In this document: positions 1-9,350 of the stretch, piece by piece | How positions within the stretch are numbered: the stretch's first letter is position 1 | How the letters are laid out: every line of letters begins with the position of its first letter | Program-made: the position numbers and the translations under genes | Notes under the pieces: generated by a model | Seen by the model: the letters and a program-made list of their open reading frames with translations, nothing else | Database searches by the model: none | Told to the model about the DNA's origin: nothing | NCBI GenBank assembly: GCA_903938445.1 | Contig: CAJADG010000007.1 | Coordinates: 18,405 to 82,404, forward strand | Reading direction: 5' to 3' | DNA: 64,000 bases | From: an uncultured Bacteroidota bacterium | Lineage (GTDB): Bacteria; Bacteroidota; Bacteroidia; Chitinophagales; Chitinophagaceae

Positions 1-1593
1 CAAACCAATGTTTGGTCCTTCTGGTGTTTCAATGGTACAAAGACGACCGTAGTGAGAATAGTGTACGTCACGCACCTCGAAACCAGCACGCTCACGACTT
101 AAACCGCCGGGTCCTAATGCGGAAACACGACGCTTATGCGTGATTTCACTCAATGGATTTGTTTGGTCTAAGAATTGAGATAACTGAGAAGTTCCGAAGA
201 ATGAATTAATAACAGAAGATAATGTTCTCGCATTGATCAAATCAACTGGAGTAAATACCTCGTTATCACGTACGTTCATACGCTCACGGATAGTACGCGC
301 CATACGCGCTAAACCTACACCGAATTGAGCATACAATTGCTCTCCTACTGTACGAATACGACGATTGCTTAAGTGATCGATATCATCAATCTCTGCTTTC
401 GCATTTGTTAAACGTACTAAGTACTTAATGATTTCAATGATATCATTTTTAGTCAATACTTTCTTTTCTTGCGTTAAGTCATGACCTAATTTTTTGTTGA
501 TCTTATAACGACCAACTTCCCCTAAATCATAACGTTTGTCAGAGAAGAATAATTTGTCAATGATACCACGAGCAGTCTCGTTATCTGGAGCATCAGCACC
601 ACGTAACTGCTTGTAAATATGTTGAACCGCCTCTAACTCAGAGTTAGAAGTATCCTTGTTTAATGTGTTGTAGATAATTGCATAGTCACCACCAACGTCT
701 TCTTTTTGAATGAACACGCTCTTCACGCCCATTTCAACAATTAGGTTAACTGCTGCTTCATCTAATACAGTATCACGCTCTAAAACAATTTCGTTTCTTT
801 CGATGCTTACTACTTCACCAGTATCTTCATCAACGAAATCTTCCACCCATGTTCTTAAAACACGTGCTGCTAATTTTTTATCAATATGGTTTGCTAAAGT
901 TTTCTTATCAGCTTTAACTTCATCAGCCATACCAAATAATTCCAAGATATCCTTATCTGTTTCAAAACCAATTGAACGTAATAAAGTTGTTACAGGGAAT
1001 TTTTTCTTACGATCGATGTAAGCATACATCACGTTGTTAATATCTGTAGCAAATTCCATCCATGCTCCTTTGAAAGGAATTACACGAGCAGAATAAATCT
1101 TAGTTCCGTTAGGGTGAGTTGATTGACCAAAGAATACACCTGGTGAACGATGTAACTGAGAAACGACAACGCGCTCAGCACCATTAATCACAAAGGTTCC
1201 TCTTGGAGTCATGTAAGGAATGTTTCCTAAGAATACATCCTGTACGATGGTTTGGAAATCAACGTGCTCTTCATCATTACAGCTTAATCTTAATTTAGCT
1301 TTTAATGGAACAGCATATGTTAATCCACGCTCCATACACTCATCAATAGTGTAACGTGGTGGATCGATAAAATAATCCAAGAATTCCAAAACGAAAATGT
1401 TTCTTGTATCCGTGATAGGAAAATTTTCCTTAAACACACGGAACAAACCTTCTACGTTTCTTCTGTCGGGAGTTGTTTCTAACTGAAAGAATTCTTTGAA
1501 AGATTCTAACTGAATGTCAAGTAAGTCTGGTGCTTCGGCGATATGTTTAATCTTACCAAAGTTGTGCCTGTTGTTCAATGTTGTTGTAGACAT
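1..1593 (-). CDS. rpoB: DNA-directed RNA polymerase beta subunit, N-terminal ~531 codons (rest lies beyond window start)
   Basis: Hand translation from ATG (complement of 1591-1593) gives [35 protein letters not shown]. The frame is open to position 1, where it reads [20 protein letters not shown], a conserved RpoB motif. It lies downstream of rplL. It is absent from the ORF track because there is no in-window stop. Confidence 0.92.
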   Translation of the reverse strand, partial: MSTTTLNNRHNFGKIKHIAEAPDLLDIQLESFKEFFQLETTPDRRNVEGLFRVFKENFPITDTRNIFVLEFLDYFIDPPRYTIDECMERGLTYAVPLKAKLRLSCNDEEHVDFQTIVQDVFLGNIPYMTPRGTFVINGAERVVVSQLHRSPGVFFGQSTHPNGTKIYSARVIPFKGAWMEFATDINNVMYAYIDRKKKFPVTTLLRSIGFETDKDILELFGMADEVKADKKTLANHIDKKLAARVLRTWVEDFVDEDTGEVVSIERNEIVLERDTVLDEAAVNLIVEMGVKSVFIQKEDVGGDYAIIYNTLNKDTSNSELEAVQHIYKQLRGADAPDNETARGIIDKLFFSDKRYDLGEVGRYKINKKLGHDLTQEKKVLTKNDIIEIIKYLVRLTNAKAEIDDIDHLSNRRIRTVGEQLYAQFGVGLARMARTIRERMNVRDNEVFTPVDLINARTLSSVINSFFGTSQLSQFLDQTNPLSEITHKRRVSALGPGGLSRERAGFEVRDVHYSHYGRLCTIETPEGPNIGL

Positions 1594-1722
1594 ACGGTAT
1601 AAACCAGGTTTTATTGCAATAAAATATTTGGTAGCATTGTGCTCAAATATTGACTATCAACTGATACAGATACGTGGCCACCGTATTCGATCAATAGACA
1701 ATATGCCCAAAATAAAGGATTG

Positions 1723-1730
1723 CAAAGTTA
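1723..1730 (-). promoter_or_regulatory. candidate -7 box TAACTTTG upstream of rpoB (leader ~120 nt)
   Basis: Plus strand caaagtta is TAACTTTG on the minus strand, matching the Bacteroidota TAnnTTTG consensus. It is the only exact match in the rplL-rpoB spacer. Confidence 0.3.
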
Positions 1731-1950
1731 AGGAAAGGAAGGGACAATTAAAAACAAATTTTGTACCAAAACCCTTGATTTTGAAAGTTTTTTTCAAAAA
1801 AATAGCCTATTTGGACAGATTGTCGTATTATTAAAATTTATTTACCATATATTATTGATTTACAATATTTTTTAATTATAGTATTTTAAATATGTGTTAT
1901 TCCCTTCTTACCTATTTAGTCAAAATTTAGGGATTCGTTAACGATTGGAC

Positions 1951-1980
1951 AAAAAAAGCCCCGGAATAAATTCCAGGGCT
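1951..1980 (-). terminator. rplL-rpoB intergenic hairpin plus U-run (attenuator/terminator)
   Basis: Minus-strand RNA agccctggaatttattccggggc followed by uuuuuuu. The stem is 9 bp and includes one G-U pair. Confidence 0.6.
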
Positions 1981-2011
1981 AATTATATAAGGATGACCTA
2001 AGTCGAGTAAA

Positions 2012-2383
2012 TTACTTTACTTCAACTTCAGCACCAGCTTCTTTCAATTTACCAGCGATTTCATCAGCTTCTGCTTTAGAAACACCTTCTTTGATTGCTT
2101 TTGGAGCGCCATCTACCAAGTCTTTAGCTTCTTTCAAACCAAGACCAGTTAAATCTTTAACGATTTTAACTACGTTCAATTTGCTAGCACCACCATTTAC
2201 TAAGATAACATCAAATGCTGTTTTCTCAGCTGCTGCTTCACCTGCACCACCACCTGCTGCAACTACTACTGCTGCTGCTGCTGGTTCGATACCGTAATCA
2301 GCTTTTAATACGTCTGCTAATTCTTGAACTTCTTTTACTGTTAAGCTTACTAATTGTTCAGCTAATTGTTTTACGTCTGCCAT
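2012..2383 (-). CDS. rplL: 50S ribosomal protein L7/L12
   Basis: ORF track protein has the Ala/Gly hinge and the C-terminal [12 protein letters not shown]...EEA..IK..LE.AGA.VE.K signature. Operon context fits. Confidence 0.96.
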   Translation of the reverse strand: MADVKQLAEQLVSLTVKEVQELADVLKADYGIEPAAAAVVVAAGGGAGEAAAEKTAFDVILVNGGASKLNVVKIVKDLTGLGLKEAKDLVDGAPKAIKEGVSKAEADEIAGKLKEAGAEVEVK

Positions 2384-2533
2384 TTTGTTTCAATTTTTTC
2401 CGCTTTCAAAGCATTTGCTCCAGCGGAAGGTTTAAAAAAATTATGTAACAATATAAAAACAGAAACTCATTCGAGTCTTCTGAAATTAACGCTGTTGTTG
2501 ATGAAAATTCCCTCTTTCATCAAAAGGTTAAAA

Positions 2534-3166
2534 CTACGCTTCAGGAGCTGCTTCCGGAGCTGCTGCTTCAGCCGCTGGAGCTTCTGCCTCTGCTACTTCA
2601 ACCGCTGCTGCTTGCGCAGTTTCGCCTGCCACTTCGATGGCAGCCGCTACTACTTCAGTTTCTGTTGTAGAACTTCCGTTTTCAGCATGGTTTAATAAAG
2701 CTGCAATGACGCGCTTAGCTGGAGATTGTAATAATCCAATAACCTCACCAATAAGCTCGTTCTTAGTTTTAATGTTTGTTAATGCAACTAATGATTGATC
2801 ACCTACAAAAATATCGCCGTTAATAAAAGCAGCTTTTAATGTTGGTCTATCGCCCGCATTTTCTTTTCTGAATGCACTAAGAATCACAGCTGGATCTTTA
2901 GGATTTTCAGAGAACATCAATGCAGTTACATTGTTTAATGAATCAAACAAACCTGAATATTTTTCGCTGTCTAAACCTTCTAATGCTTTACGAATCAAAG
3001 TGTTTTTAGCCACTTTCATTTCTACTTCCTTGTTAAAACAAGAACGACGTAAATTAGAGATTTGTTCTACGCTCAAAGATTCTGTGTCTGTGATATAGAA
3101 GTTATTATATTGACTGAATTTTCCTTTAAGGATTTCAATCACTTCGTTTTTTTGATCTTTGGTCAT
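2534..3166 (-). CDS. rplJ: 50S ribosomal protein L10 with Ala/Glu/Pro-rich C-terminal tail
   Basis: L10-like N-terminus and core (MTKDQKNEVIE..., LLQSPAKRVIAALL). Position between rplA and rplL fits. Confidence 0.9.
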   Translation of the reverse strand: MTKDQKNEVIEILKGKFSQYNNFYITDTESLSVEQISNLRRSCFNKEVEMKVAKNTLIRKALEGLDSEKYSGLFDSLNNVTALMFSENPKDPAVILSAFRKENAGDRPTLKAAFINGDIFVGDQSLVALTNIKTKNELIGEVIGLLQSPAKRVIAALLNHAENGSSTTETEVVAAAIEVAGETAQAAAVEVAEAEAPAAEAAAPEAAPEA

Positions 3167-3215
3167 AACTAATTTTATTTAATTACCTGGGTCATTTCCT
3201 TGCGGATCACCAGGA

Positions 3216-3908
3216 CTAGTTGATTAATGATTTAGTTTCTAATGCAATACCAGCACTCATTGTAGAAGCCATGCTTACTGCTTTAAGGTAAGTACCTTTT
3301 GAAGCAGATGGTTTCAACTTAATGATTGCATTAATTAATTCAGCACTGTTCTCAGCAATTTTATCTGCAGAGAAAGATACACGACCAATTGATGCATGCA
3401 CGATACCAGCCTTATCAACTTTAAATGCAATCTTACCACCTTTTACCTCGTTTACTGCAGCTGCAACATCATTTGTTACAGTTCCAGTTTTAGGGTTTGG
3501 CATTAAGTTACGTGGTCCTAATACTTTACCTAACTTACCAATCTTAGGCATAACTGCTGGTGTAGCGATGATTACATCCATATCTACCCAACCACCTTCA
3601 ATTTTAGTTACGAACTCATCTAAACCTACATAGTCAGCACCTGCTTCTCTTGCTGCTGCTTCTTTATCTGGAGTACAAAGTACTAATACTTTTTTTGTAC
3701 GACCAGTACCGTGAGGTAAAGAAACAGTACCACGAACTTGTTGGTCTGCTTTTTTAGGATCTACTCCTAAACGAATATGTAAATCTACAGAGCTATCAAA
3801 CTTTGTACAGTTAATTTCTTTTACTAATGCAGATGCATCTTTAAGGGAATAAAATTTATTCTTATCCACCTTTGCAACCACCGCTTTTCTTTTTTTAGTC
3901 AATGACAT
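3216..3908 (-). CDS. rplA: 50S ribosomal protein L1
   Basis: 230-aa ORF with L1 motifs ([21 protein letters not shown]). Operon context fits. Confidence 0.96.
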   Translation of the reverse strand: MSLTKKRKAVVAKVDKNKFYSLKDASALVKEINCTKFDSSVDLHIRLGVDPKKADQQVRGTVSLPHGTGRTKKVLVLCTPDKEAAAREAGADYVGLDEFVTKIEGGWVDMDVIIATPAVMPKIGKLGKVLGPRNLMPNPKTGTVTNDVAAAVNEVKGGKIAFKVDKAGIVHASIGRVSFSADKIAENSAELINAIIKLKPSASKGTYLKAVSMASTMSAGIALETKSLIN

Positions 3909-3934
3909 GTTGATTATTTTTTAAGGTGAATAAA

Positions 3935-4378
3935 TTAATTTTCCCAAGGAGCTTTACCTTCTACAGTAATACCCATTGAACGTGCAGTTCCAGCTACCAT
4001 ACTCATAGCGCTGTTTAAAGTAAATGCATTCAAGTCTTCCATCTTATCTTTTGCGATAGCTTCAACTTGTGCCCATGTTACTTTACCAACTTTGTCACGG
4101 TTACTTTCTTTAGAACCTTTTTGGATTTTTGCAGCTTCCATTAATTGAACTGGAGCTGGTGCAGTTTTGATAACGAAGTCGAAAGACTTGTCGGTGTAAA
4201 CTGTAATTAAAACAGGAACAACTTTTCCTTGTTTGTCTTGAGTTCTAGCATTGAATTGCTTACAGAACTCCATAATGTTGACACCCTTAGATCCTAATGC
4301 TGGACCTACTGGTGGTGCAGGATTGGCAGCGCCACCTTTCACTTGCAACTTAACGTAGCCAGAGATTTCTTTAGCCAT
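3935..4378 (-). CDS. rplK: 50S ribosomal protein L11
   Basis: [23 protein letters not shown] signature. Confidence 0.96.
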   Translation of the reverse strand: MAKEISGYVKLQVKGGAANPAPPVGPALGSKGVNIMEFCKQFNARTQDKQGKVVPVLITVYTDKSFDFVIKTAPAPVQLMEAAKIQKGSKESNRDKVGKVTWAQVEAIAKDKMEDLNAFTLNSAMSMVAGTARSMGITVEGKAPWEN

Positions 4379-4535
4379 TTTGTTATGTTTTTTTGGTTAA
4401 GCGTCGGACCAATATAGCCTCGACTCCCAAATACCCACACTTCGAAAAGTGTAAATTGGACAGCGAAGGTATGATTAATCCCTTTTCTAGCAAAATAAAA
4501 AGGTAGTTTTTTCAATAAAATAAGGGCTTTGGGAC

Positions 4536-4567
4536 AAAAAAAATCCCCTCAAATTGCTTTGAGGGGA
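4536..4567 (-). terminator. intrinsic terminator after nusG
   Basis: Hairpin tcccctcaaa/tttgagggga (4544-4567). An A-run at 4536-4543 gives a U-run on the minus-strand RNA. Confidence 0.65.
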
Positions 4568-4586
4568 CCCTTTTACCTTTTTCCTT

Positions 4587-5201
4587 CTAACTCAGTTTCT
4601 CTACCTGCATGTAATTTAATTCCACTGGGGTAGATCGACCGAAGATCTTCACGGTCACTTTCAATTTCTTCTTTTCTTCGTTCACCTCTTCGATGACACC
4701 ATTAAAGTCATTGAAAGGTCCCTCAATTATTTTGATCGTTTCGCCAATAATGAATGGTTCGCTGATAGATCCGCCCATGTCGTTCATCTCATCAACCTTA
4801 CCCAACATTTTATTTACTTCCGATTTTCTTAAAGAAATAATATTTCCTTTTGACCCTTTTCCGTCTGTCAAAAAGTGCATCACATTTGTAATGTTGCTGA
4901 TATGCATAACGATATCATCTGCAATGGGAGCCTTGTTATCAATCACTTCCATCATTACATATCCTGGGAAATAGTTTTTTTCGCGCATTACTTTTTTACC
5001 GTTTTGCACTTTGTAAACCTTCTCCATTGGTAAGAAAACTTGCTTTACAATATTTGACCAGCCGTTTCTTACGATATCTTTATCTAGATACTCTTTAATC
5101 TTTTTTTCTTTTCCACTCACAACACGCAATACGTACCATTTTGTATCTGGAGCAGCAGGCGCAGTCGCATTTGTATCTATTGATTGTACTTCTGTTTCCA
5201 T
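4587..5201 (-). CDS. nusG: transcription termination/antitermination factor NusG
   Basis: WYVLRV.SGKEKK NGN start and a KOW-like C-terminus. It follows secE. Confidence 0.92.
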   Translation of the reverse strand: METEVQSIDTNATAPAAPDTKWYVLRVVSGKEKKIKEYLDKDIVRNGWSNIVKQVFLPMEKVYKVQNGKKVMREKNYFPGYVMMEVIDNKAPIADDIVMHISNITNVMHFLTDGKGSKGNIISLRKSEVNKMLGKVDEMNDMGGSISEPFIIGETIKIIEGPFNDFNGVIEEVNEEKKKLKVTVKIFGRSTPVELNYMQVEKLS

Positions 5202-5203
5202 GT

Positions 5204-5398
5204 TTACTTAAATAATGAGTAGATCAACTTTACAAATTGGTTACTAGAGAAATCCATGATCCAAACCATGGCAGTAATGATAACTGTTGCTACCAACACT
5301 ATCAAAGTACTTTGCTGTAAATTAGCCCATGTAGGCCATGTTACTTTTTCTTGTAACTCTAAGTAACTTTCTTTAAAGTAGTTGCCTATTTTGTTCAT
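5204..5398 (-). CDS. secE: preprotein translocase subunit SecE
   Basis: 64-aa single-TM protein immediately upstream of nusG, with the EL.KV.WPT motif. Confidence 0.85.
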   Translation of the reverse strand: MNKIGNYFKESYLELQEKVTWPTWANLQQSTLIVLVATVIITAMVWIMDFSSNQFVKLIYSLFK

Positions 5399-5462
5399 AA
5401 TAATGCTGTTTATTCTTCTTTATCTCCGTCAAAATTTTGCTAAATATAGTAAAATTTATTTG

Positions 5463-5533
5463 CACGGGCACTAGGATTCGAACCCAGATCAAAGGTTTTG
5501 GAGACCCGTATGCTACCGTTGCACCATGCCCGT
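5463..5533 (-). tRNA. tRNA-Trp (anticodon CCA)
   Basis: Hand fold: acceptor ACGGGCA/TGCCCGT, anticodon loop CTCCAAA, T-loop TTCGAAT. Confidence 0.9.
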
Positions 5534-5601
5534 ATGAACCAAAAGTCTTTGATAAAAGCTTGCGCTAAAACCAAAGACTTTCAGTTATATGTTTAGTTAA
5601 A

Positions 5602-6789
5602 TTACTTAACGATTTCAGTAACTTGACCAGCGCCTACAGTTCTACCACCCTCACGGATCGCAAACTTAAGACCTTTTTCCATCGCGATTGGTTGGATCAA
5701 CTTAACAGTGATGCTAACATTATCGCCTGGCATTACCATCTCAGTTCCTTCTGGTAAAGTACACTCTCCAGTAACGTCCGTAGTACGGAAGTAGAATTGA
5801 GGACGGTATTTATTAAAGAATGGAGTATGACGTCCACCTTCTTCTTTTGATAATACGTAAACTTCAGCTTTGAAGTCAGTATGTGGAGTGATCGTTTTAG
5901 GAGCACAGATTACCATACCACGACGGATATCTTTTTTCTCGATACCACGTAATAATAAACCTGCGTTATCACCTGCTTGACCTTGATCCAATAATTTTTT
6001 GAACATCTCAACACCTGTTACAGTTGAGCTCATTGGAGCATCCATCAAACCTACGATTTCTACAGCCTCACCCACTTTGATGATACCTCTTTCGATACGA
6101 CCTGTAGCAACTGTACCACGACCAGTGATCGAGAATACGTCCTCTACAGACATCAAGAATGGTTGATCGATAGGACGTGGAGGCAATGGAATGTAGCTAT
6201 CTACAGCGTCCATTAACTCAGTCACTTTATCTACCCATTGTTGCTCACCAGCTAAAGCGCCAGTTGCAGAACCACGGATGATTGGAGTGTTGTCACCATC
6301 GAAACCGTAAGATGATAATAAATCACGGATTTCCATTTCAACTAAGTCTAACAATTCAGCATCGTCAACTAAGTCTACTTTGTTCATGAATACAACGATC
6401 TGAGGTACACCTACCTGACGTGCTAACAAGATGTGCTCTTTTGTTTGTGGCATAGGACCATCTGTAGCAGCAACTACTAAGATAGCACCGTCCATTTGAG
6501 CAGCACCTGTAATCATGTTCTTCACATAGTCAGCGTGACCTGGACAGTCAACGTGCGCATAGTGACGAGTATCAGTTTGGTATTCTACGTGTGCAGTATT
6601 GATAGTGATACCACGCTCTTTTTCTTCTGGTGCACCATCAATTTCATCGTAGTTTTTCTTAGCAGCTAAACCTCTTTTAGACAATACGTCTGTGATGGCA
6701 GCTGTCAATGTTGTTTTACCATGGTCAACGTGGCCAATGGTACCAACGTTTACGTGAGGTTTCTCCCTCTTAAAGGTCTCTTTAGACAT
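5602..6789 (-). CDS. tuf: elongation factor Tu
   Basis: 395-aa ORF with [18 protein letters not shown] and NKVD motifs. Confidence 0.98.
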   Translation of the reverse strand: MSKETFKREKPHVNVGTIGHVDHGKTTLTAAITDVLSKRGLAAKKNYDEIDGAPEEKERGITINTAHVEYQTDTRHYAHVDCPGHADYVKNMITGAAQMDGAILVVAATDGPMPQTKEHILLARQVGVPQIVVFMNKVDLVDDAELLDLVEMEIRDLLSSYGFDGDNTPIIRGSATGALAGEQQWVDKVTELMDAVDSYIPLPPRPIDQPFLMSVEDVFSITGRGTVATGRIERGIIKVGEAVEIVGLMDAPMSSTVTGVEMFKKLLDQGQAGDNAGLLLRGIEKKDIRRGMVICAPKTITPHTDFKAEVYVLSKEEGGRHTPFFNKYRPQFYFRTTDVTGECTLPEGTEMVMPGDNVSITVKLIQPIAMEKGLKFAIREGGRTVGAGQVTEIVK

Positions 6790-6875
6790 CTTTATTAATT
6801 TTTGTTTTTTTTATAATCGCCGTCAATAGACCACCGAGTCCATCGACCATAGCTTTTGTTTTTGTCAACCCTTTG

Positions 6876-6947
<72 letters not shown>

Positions 6948-6997
6948 AATTTAACTACACCGGCTTCCTTCTCTTTAATCCTACTCATCAACATTAC

Positions 6998-7073
6998 TGG
7001 AGCGGGAGACGAGGCTCGAACTCGCCACCTATAGCTTGGAAGGCTATCGCTCTACCAAATGAGCTACTCCCGC
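6998..7073 (-). tRNA. tRNA-Gly (anticodon TCC), CCA encoded
   Basis: Hand fold: acceptor GCGGGAG/CTCCCGC, anticodon arm ATAGC-CTTCCAA-GCTAT, with a 3' TCCA encoded. Confidence 0.9.
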
Positions 7074-7158
7074 ATTTTTCATTCTCAAAAGAACTCAATT
7101 TTATGTCCCCCATCCCATTTGCACTATCCAATGAAGTACAAATATAACACAAAATTTG

Positions 7159-7241
<83 letters not shown>

Positions 7242-7248
7242 AAAAATG

Positions 7249-7321
7249 AGCCGGAAATGGGACTCGAACCCGCGACCTGCTGATTACAAATCAGCTGCTC
7301 TACCAACTGAGCTATTCCGGC
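7249..7321 (-). tRNA. tRNA-Thr (anticodon TGT)
   Basis: Hand fold: acceptor GCCGGAA/TTCCGGC, anticodon arm GCTGA-TTTGTAA-TCAGC. Confidence 0.9.
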
Positions 7322-7364
7322 TTATCTTACATCCACAAAAGAACACTCCCAATTTTTGGGATGG

Positions 7365-7394
7365 CAAAGGTAATGGAAATCTTTATTTATCAAA
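7365..7394 (-). promoter_or_regulatory. candidate promoter of the tRNA(Thr-Tyr-Gly-Thr)-tuf cluster
   Basis: Minus-strand TACCTTTG (7372-7365) lies 44 nt upstream of the first tRNA. A TTTG (7394-7391) sits 18 nt further upstream, matching the -33/-7 architecture. Confidence 0.45.
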
Positions 7395-7522
7395 ATTTTA
7401 GGCGATTTTTTTATCCTATTTTTTATGGAAACTGGGAAAATTTTCATCAAACGCCCTATTTATAGGCAATTATGTAATAAAATGATTATAAAATAGTGTG
7501 AATCAACCAGATTTTGAAATGA

Positions 7523-7550
7523 AAAAAGGCCCCAATGAAGGGCCTTTTTT
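7523..7550 (-). terminator. hairpin terminator after hpf (symmetric A/T flanks)
   Basis: Sequence reads aaaaaaggccc-caatgaa-gggcctttttt. Confidence 0.65.
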
Positions 7551-7576
7551 ATAGAATTGAAAAAAGAATTTGAAAA

Positions 7577-7876
7577 TTACGCTGCTAATTTTTCTTTTTT
7601 TCTCTTTAATTGATTGGTTATAGCATCCATTGCTTTTTCTAAAGATTCCTCAAATGTCTTAGTGGTTACTTTTACAAAACAATCTTGTTTAGGAATATGA
7701 ACGTTTATTTCTACTACTTTATCTTTAATCGCATGTACTAAGTTGTCTAACTTTAAAAACACTTCCACTTTAGTTATACGATCATGAAATGTTTCCAGCT
7801 TTTGAACTTTTTTTCCAACCATTTCTAAAAGTTTCTCATCCGCATCAAAATGCACTGTTTGAATGTTAATGTTCAT
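7577..7876 (-). CDS. hpf: ribosome hibernation/ribosome-associated inhibitor protein (short HPF/RaiA type, 99 aa)
   Basis: MNINIQTVHFDADEKLLE... is typical of the family. I chose the internal Met (M35 of the 133-aa ORF) because the upstream extension is non-homologous-looking. Confidence 0.8.
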   Translation of the reverse strand: MNINIQTVHFDADEKLLEMVGKKVQKLETFHDRITKVEVFLKLDNLVHAIKDKVVEINVHIPKQDCFVKVTTKTFEESLEKAMDAITNQLKRKKEKLAA

Positions 7877-8021
7877 AATTAATTTTTTTAAATAATAAAC
7901 TAATGAAAGAACTGACCAGGGGCTATTCCTTAACTCCTGCACCTTTAAGTTACGACATTCATTAGAAATTAAAAACAATTAATTTCTTTTAAGAAAACTT
8001 TAGGAGAAGTACTGATATAAA

Positions 8022-8921
8022 TCAGGCTTTGGGGTGCGCTTTTGCAAATACCTCCTTTAATTTTTCGATGGTGTTATGTGTATACACTTGAGTAGCAGCA
8101 AGGCTTGCATGACCTAGAAGTTCTTTTACAGCATTTAAGTCGGCACCGTTATTCATTAAGTGAGTTGCAAAACTATGCCTTAAAATGTGAGGGCTTTTCT
8201 TTTGTAAAGTAGTAACCTGTGAAAGATAAAATTTCACGAAAGTATATACTGCCCTTGGCTGTAATGCTTTTCCTTTTTCTGTCACAAATAAATGTGGATT
8301 GCCTAATGCATCAGCTGGTTTTTGCTGAATATATTTTATAAGCTCGGTTGAAAGTGATGGGCTAATAGGAATCATTCTTTCCTTATTTCCTTTACCTAAA
8401 ACTTTTATAATTCTTTTGGATGTATCTAATTGATTTTCCTTGCAATTAATTAATTCACTTAAACGCATTCCTGTTGCATAAAAAAGTTGAATCACCATTT
8501 TTTCAGTGAAGCCCTTCCACCCTTCTGCAAATTCTAAATTGGTAAACAATTGCTCCATATCATTTTCGGCCACAAATGCAGGTAATCGTTTACTAATTTT
8601 AGGGCTAATCACAGTTTCCATTGGGCTCTTTGTTAATTGCCCTTGCTGAATTTGATATTTAAAAAAAGATTTTAAGGAAGATATTTTTCGATTGAGCGTT
8701 TTACCTGTCATCTCTTCTTCTTTCATTCCAGCCAACCAGGATCTCACCATGGTGCCTGTTATATGGTTAAAGGGAATGCCTTCGTACTGTGTTTCTACAA
8801 AATCAAAAAACTGAATTAAGTCGTTGGAATAAGCCGTTATGGTATGCACTGAATACCGCTTCTCAAATTGGAGATAAGCTAAAAAAGCATTCAAAGGAAT
8901 ATAGCGGGTTTGCGATATCAT
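8022..8921 (-). CDS. tyrosine recombinase, XerC/XerD-like
   Basis: N-terminal SAM-like domain (FLAYLQFEKRYSVHTITAYSNDL). C-terminal catalytic motifs are HILRHSFATHL and LGHASLAATQVYTH. Confidence 0.82.
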   Translation of the reverse strand: MISQTRYIPLNAFLAYLQFEKRYSVHTITAYSNDLIQFFDFVETQYEGIPFNHITGTMVRSWLAGMKEEEMTGKTLNRKISSLKSFFKYQIQQGQLTKSPMETVISPKISKRLPAFVAENDMEQLFTNLEFAEGWKGFTEKMVIQLFYATGMRLSELINCKENQLDTSKRIIKVLGKGNKERMIPISPSLSTELIKYIQQKPADALGNPHLFVTEKGKALQPRAVYTFVKFYLSQVTTLQKKSPHILRHSFATHLMNNGADLNAVKELLGHASLAATQVYTHNTIEKLKEVFAKAHPKA

Positions 8922-8952
8922 ATCGATATTAAAGATACGCAGAAATAAAAAA

Positions 8953-8976
8953 AGACCCAGCTTTTATGCTGAGTCT
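8953..8976 (-). terminator. hairpin plus U-run after rpsU
   Basis: Minus-strand agactcagc-ataaaa-gctgggtct followed by ttttttt. Confidence 0.55.
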
Positions 8977-9003
8977 TATAATATGGTTGATGGAAGATAT
9001 TAA

Positions 9004-9201
9004 CTATCCCTCGATTTTACCGCTGAAAATTTGTTGCTTGTAAATCGCTTTCAATACTTGGAAACGACGTTTTACAGATGGCTTCACAAATGCTTGACGA
9101 GCACGTAAGTTCACTAAAGTCTTACTTTTTTCGAATTTCTTCTTGTACTTTTTAAGCGCTTTGTCGATGTTTTCGCAGTCTTTTGAATCTATAATTAACA
9201 T
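9004..9201 (-). CDS. rpsU: 30S ribosomal protein S21
   Basis: 65-aa basic protein with the ALKKYKKK and RRFQ pattern. Confidence 0.9.
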   Translation of the reverse strand: MLIIDSKDCENIDKALKKYKKKFEKSKTLVNLRARQAFVKPSVKRRFQVLKAIYKQQIFSGKIEG

Positions 9202-9350
9202 AATATATACCTCCTCAGGCGTTTTTTAAAAAAAATCAAAATTGAATTTCCAAACCTTTATATTTTTTAAAAGGTGAAGGAAATTTGGAGAGCAAAGATA
9301 AGTATTTGATTTAAATATCCAAATTTCTACCCAATTTTATATTTATTCCT

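Noticed and set aside
710-1021. 103-aa plus-strand ORF, and similar antisense ORFs listed inside tuf, hscA, tyrS, sucA, GH3, the FG-GAP gene and others
   Set aside because: Each lies wholly inside a well-supported gene on the opposite strand. They have low-complexity or biased composition and no recognisable motif. They are shadow ORFs.
1514-1834. 106-aa plus-strand ORF across the rpoB start and leader
   Set aside because: It overlaps the rpoB N-terminus in antisense and continues into an AT-rich leader, with no motif. The region is better explained as the rpoB 5' UTR and promoter.
2091-2695. Three overlapping plus-strand ORFs (68, 77 and 109 aa) with Leu/Ala/Ser runs
   Set aside because: They are antisense and off-frame readings of the GCT/GCA-rich rplL hinge and rplJ tail. 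This is a repeat-composition artefact.
8022-8921. Tyrosine recombinase as the marker of an integrated mobile element next to a tRNA cluster
   Set aside because: The flanks are rpsU and hpf with normal terminators. There are no att-like repeats of the tRNA 3' ends and no phage or conjugation genes. The N-terminal domain looks like XerC/D. It is read as the housekeeping dimer-resolution recombinase.
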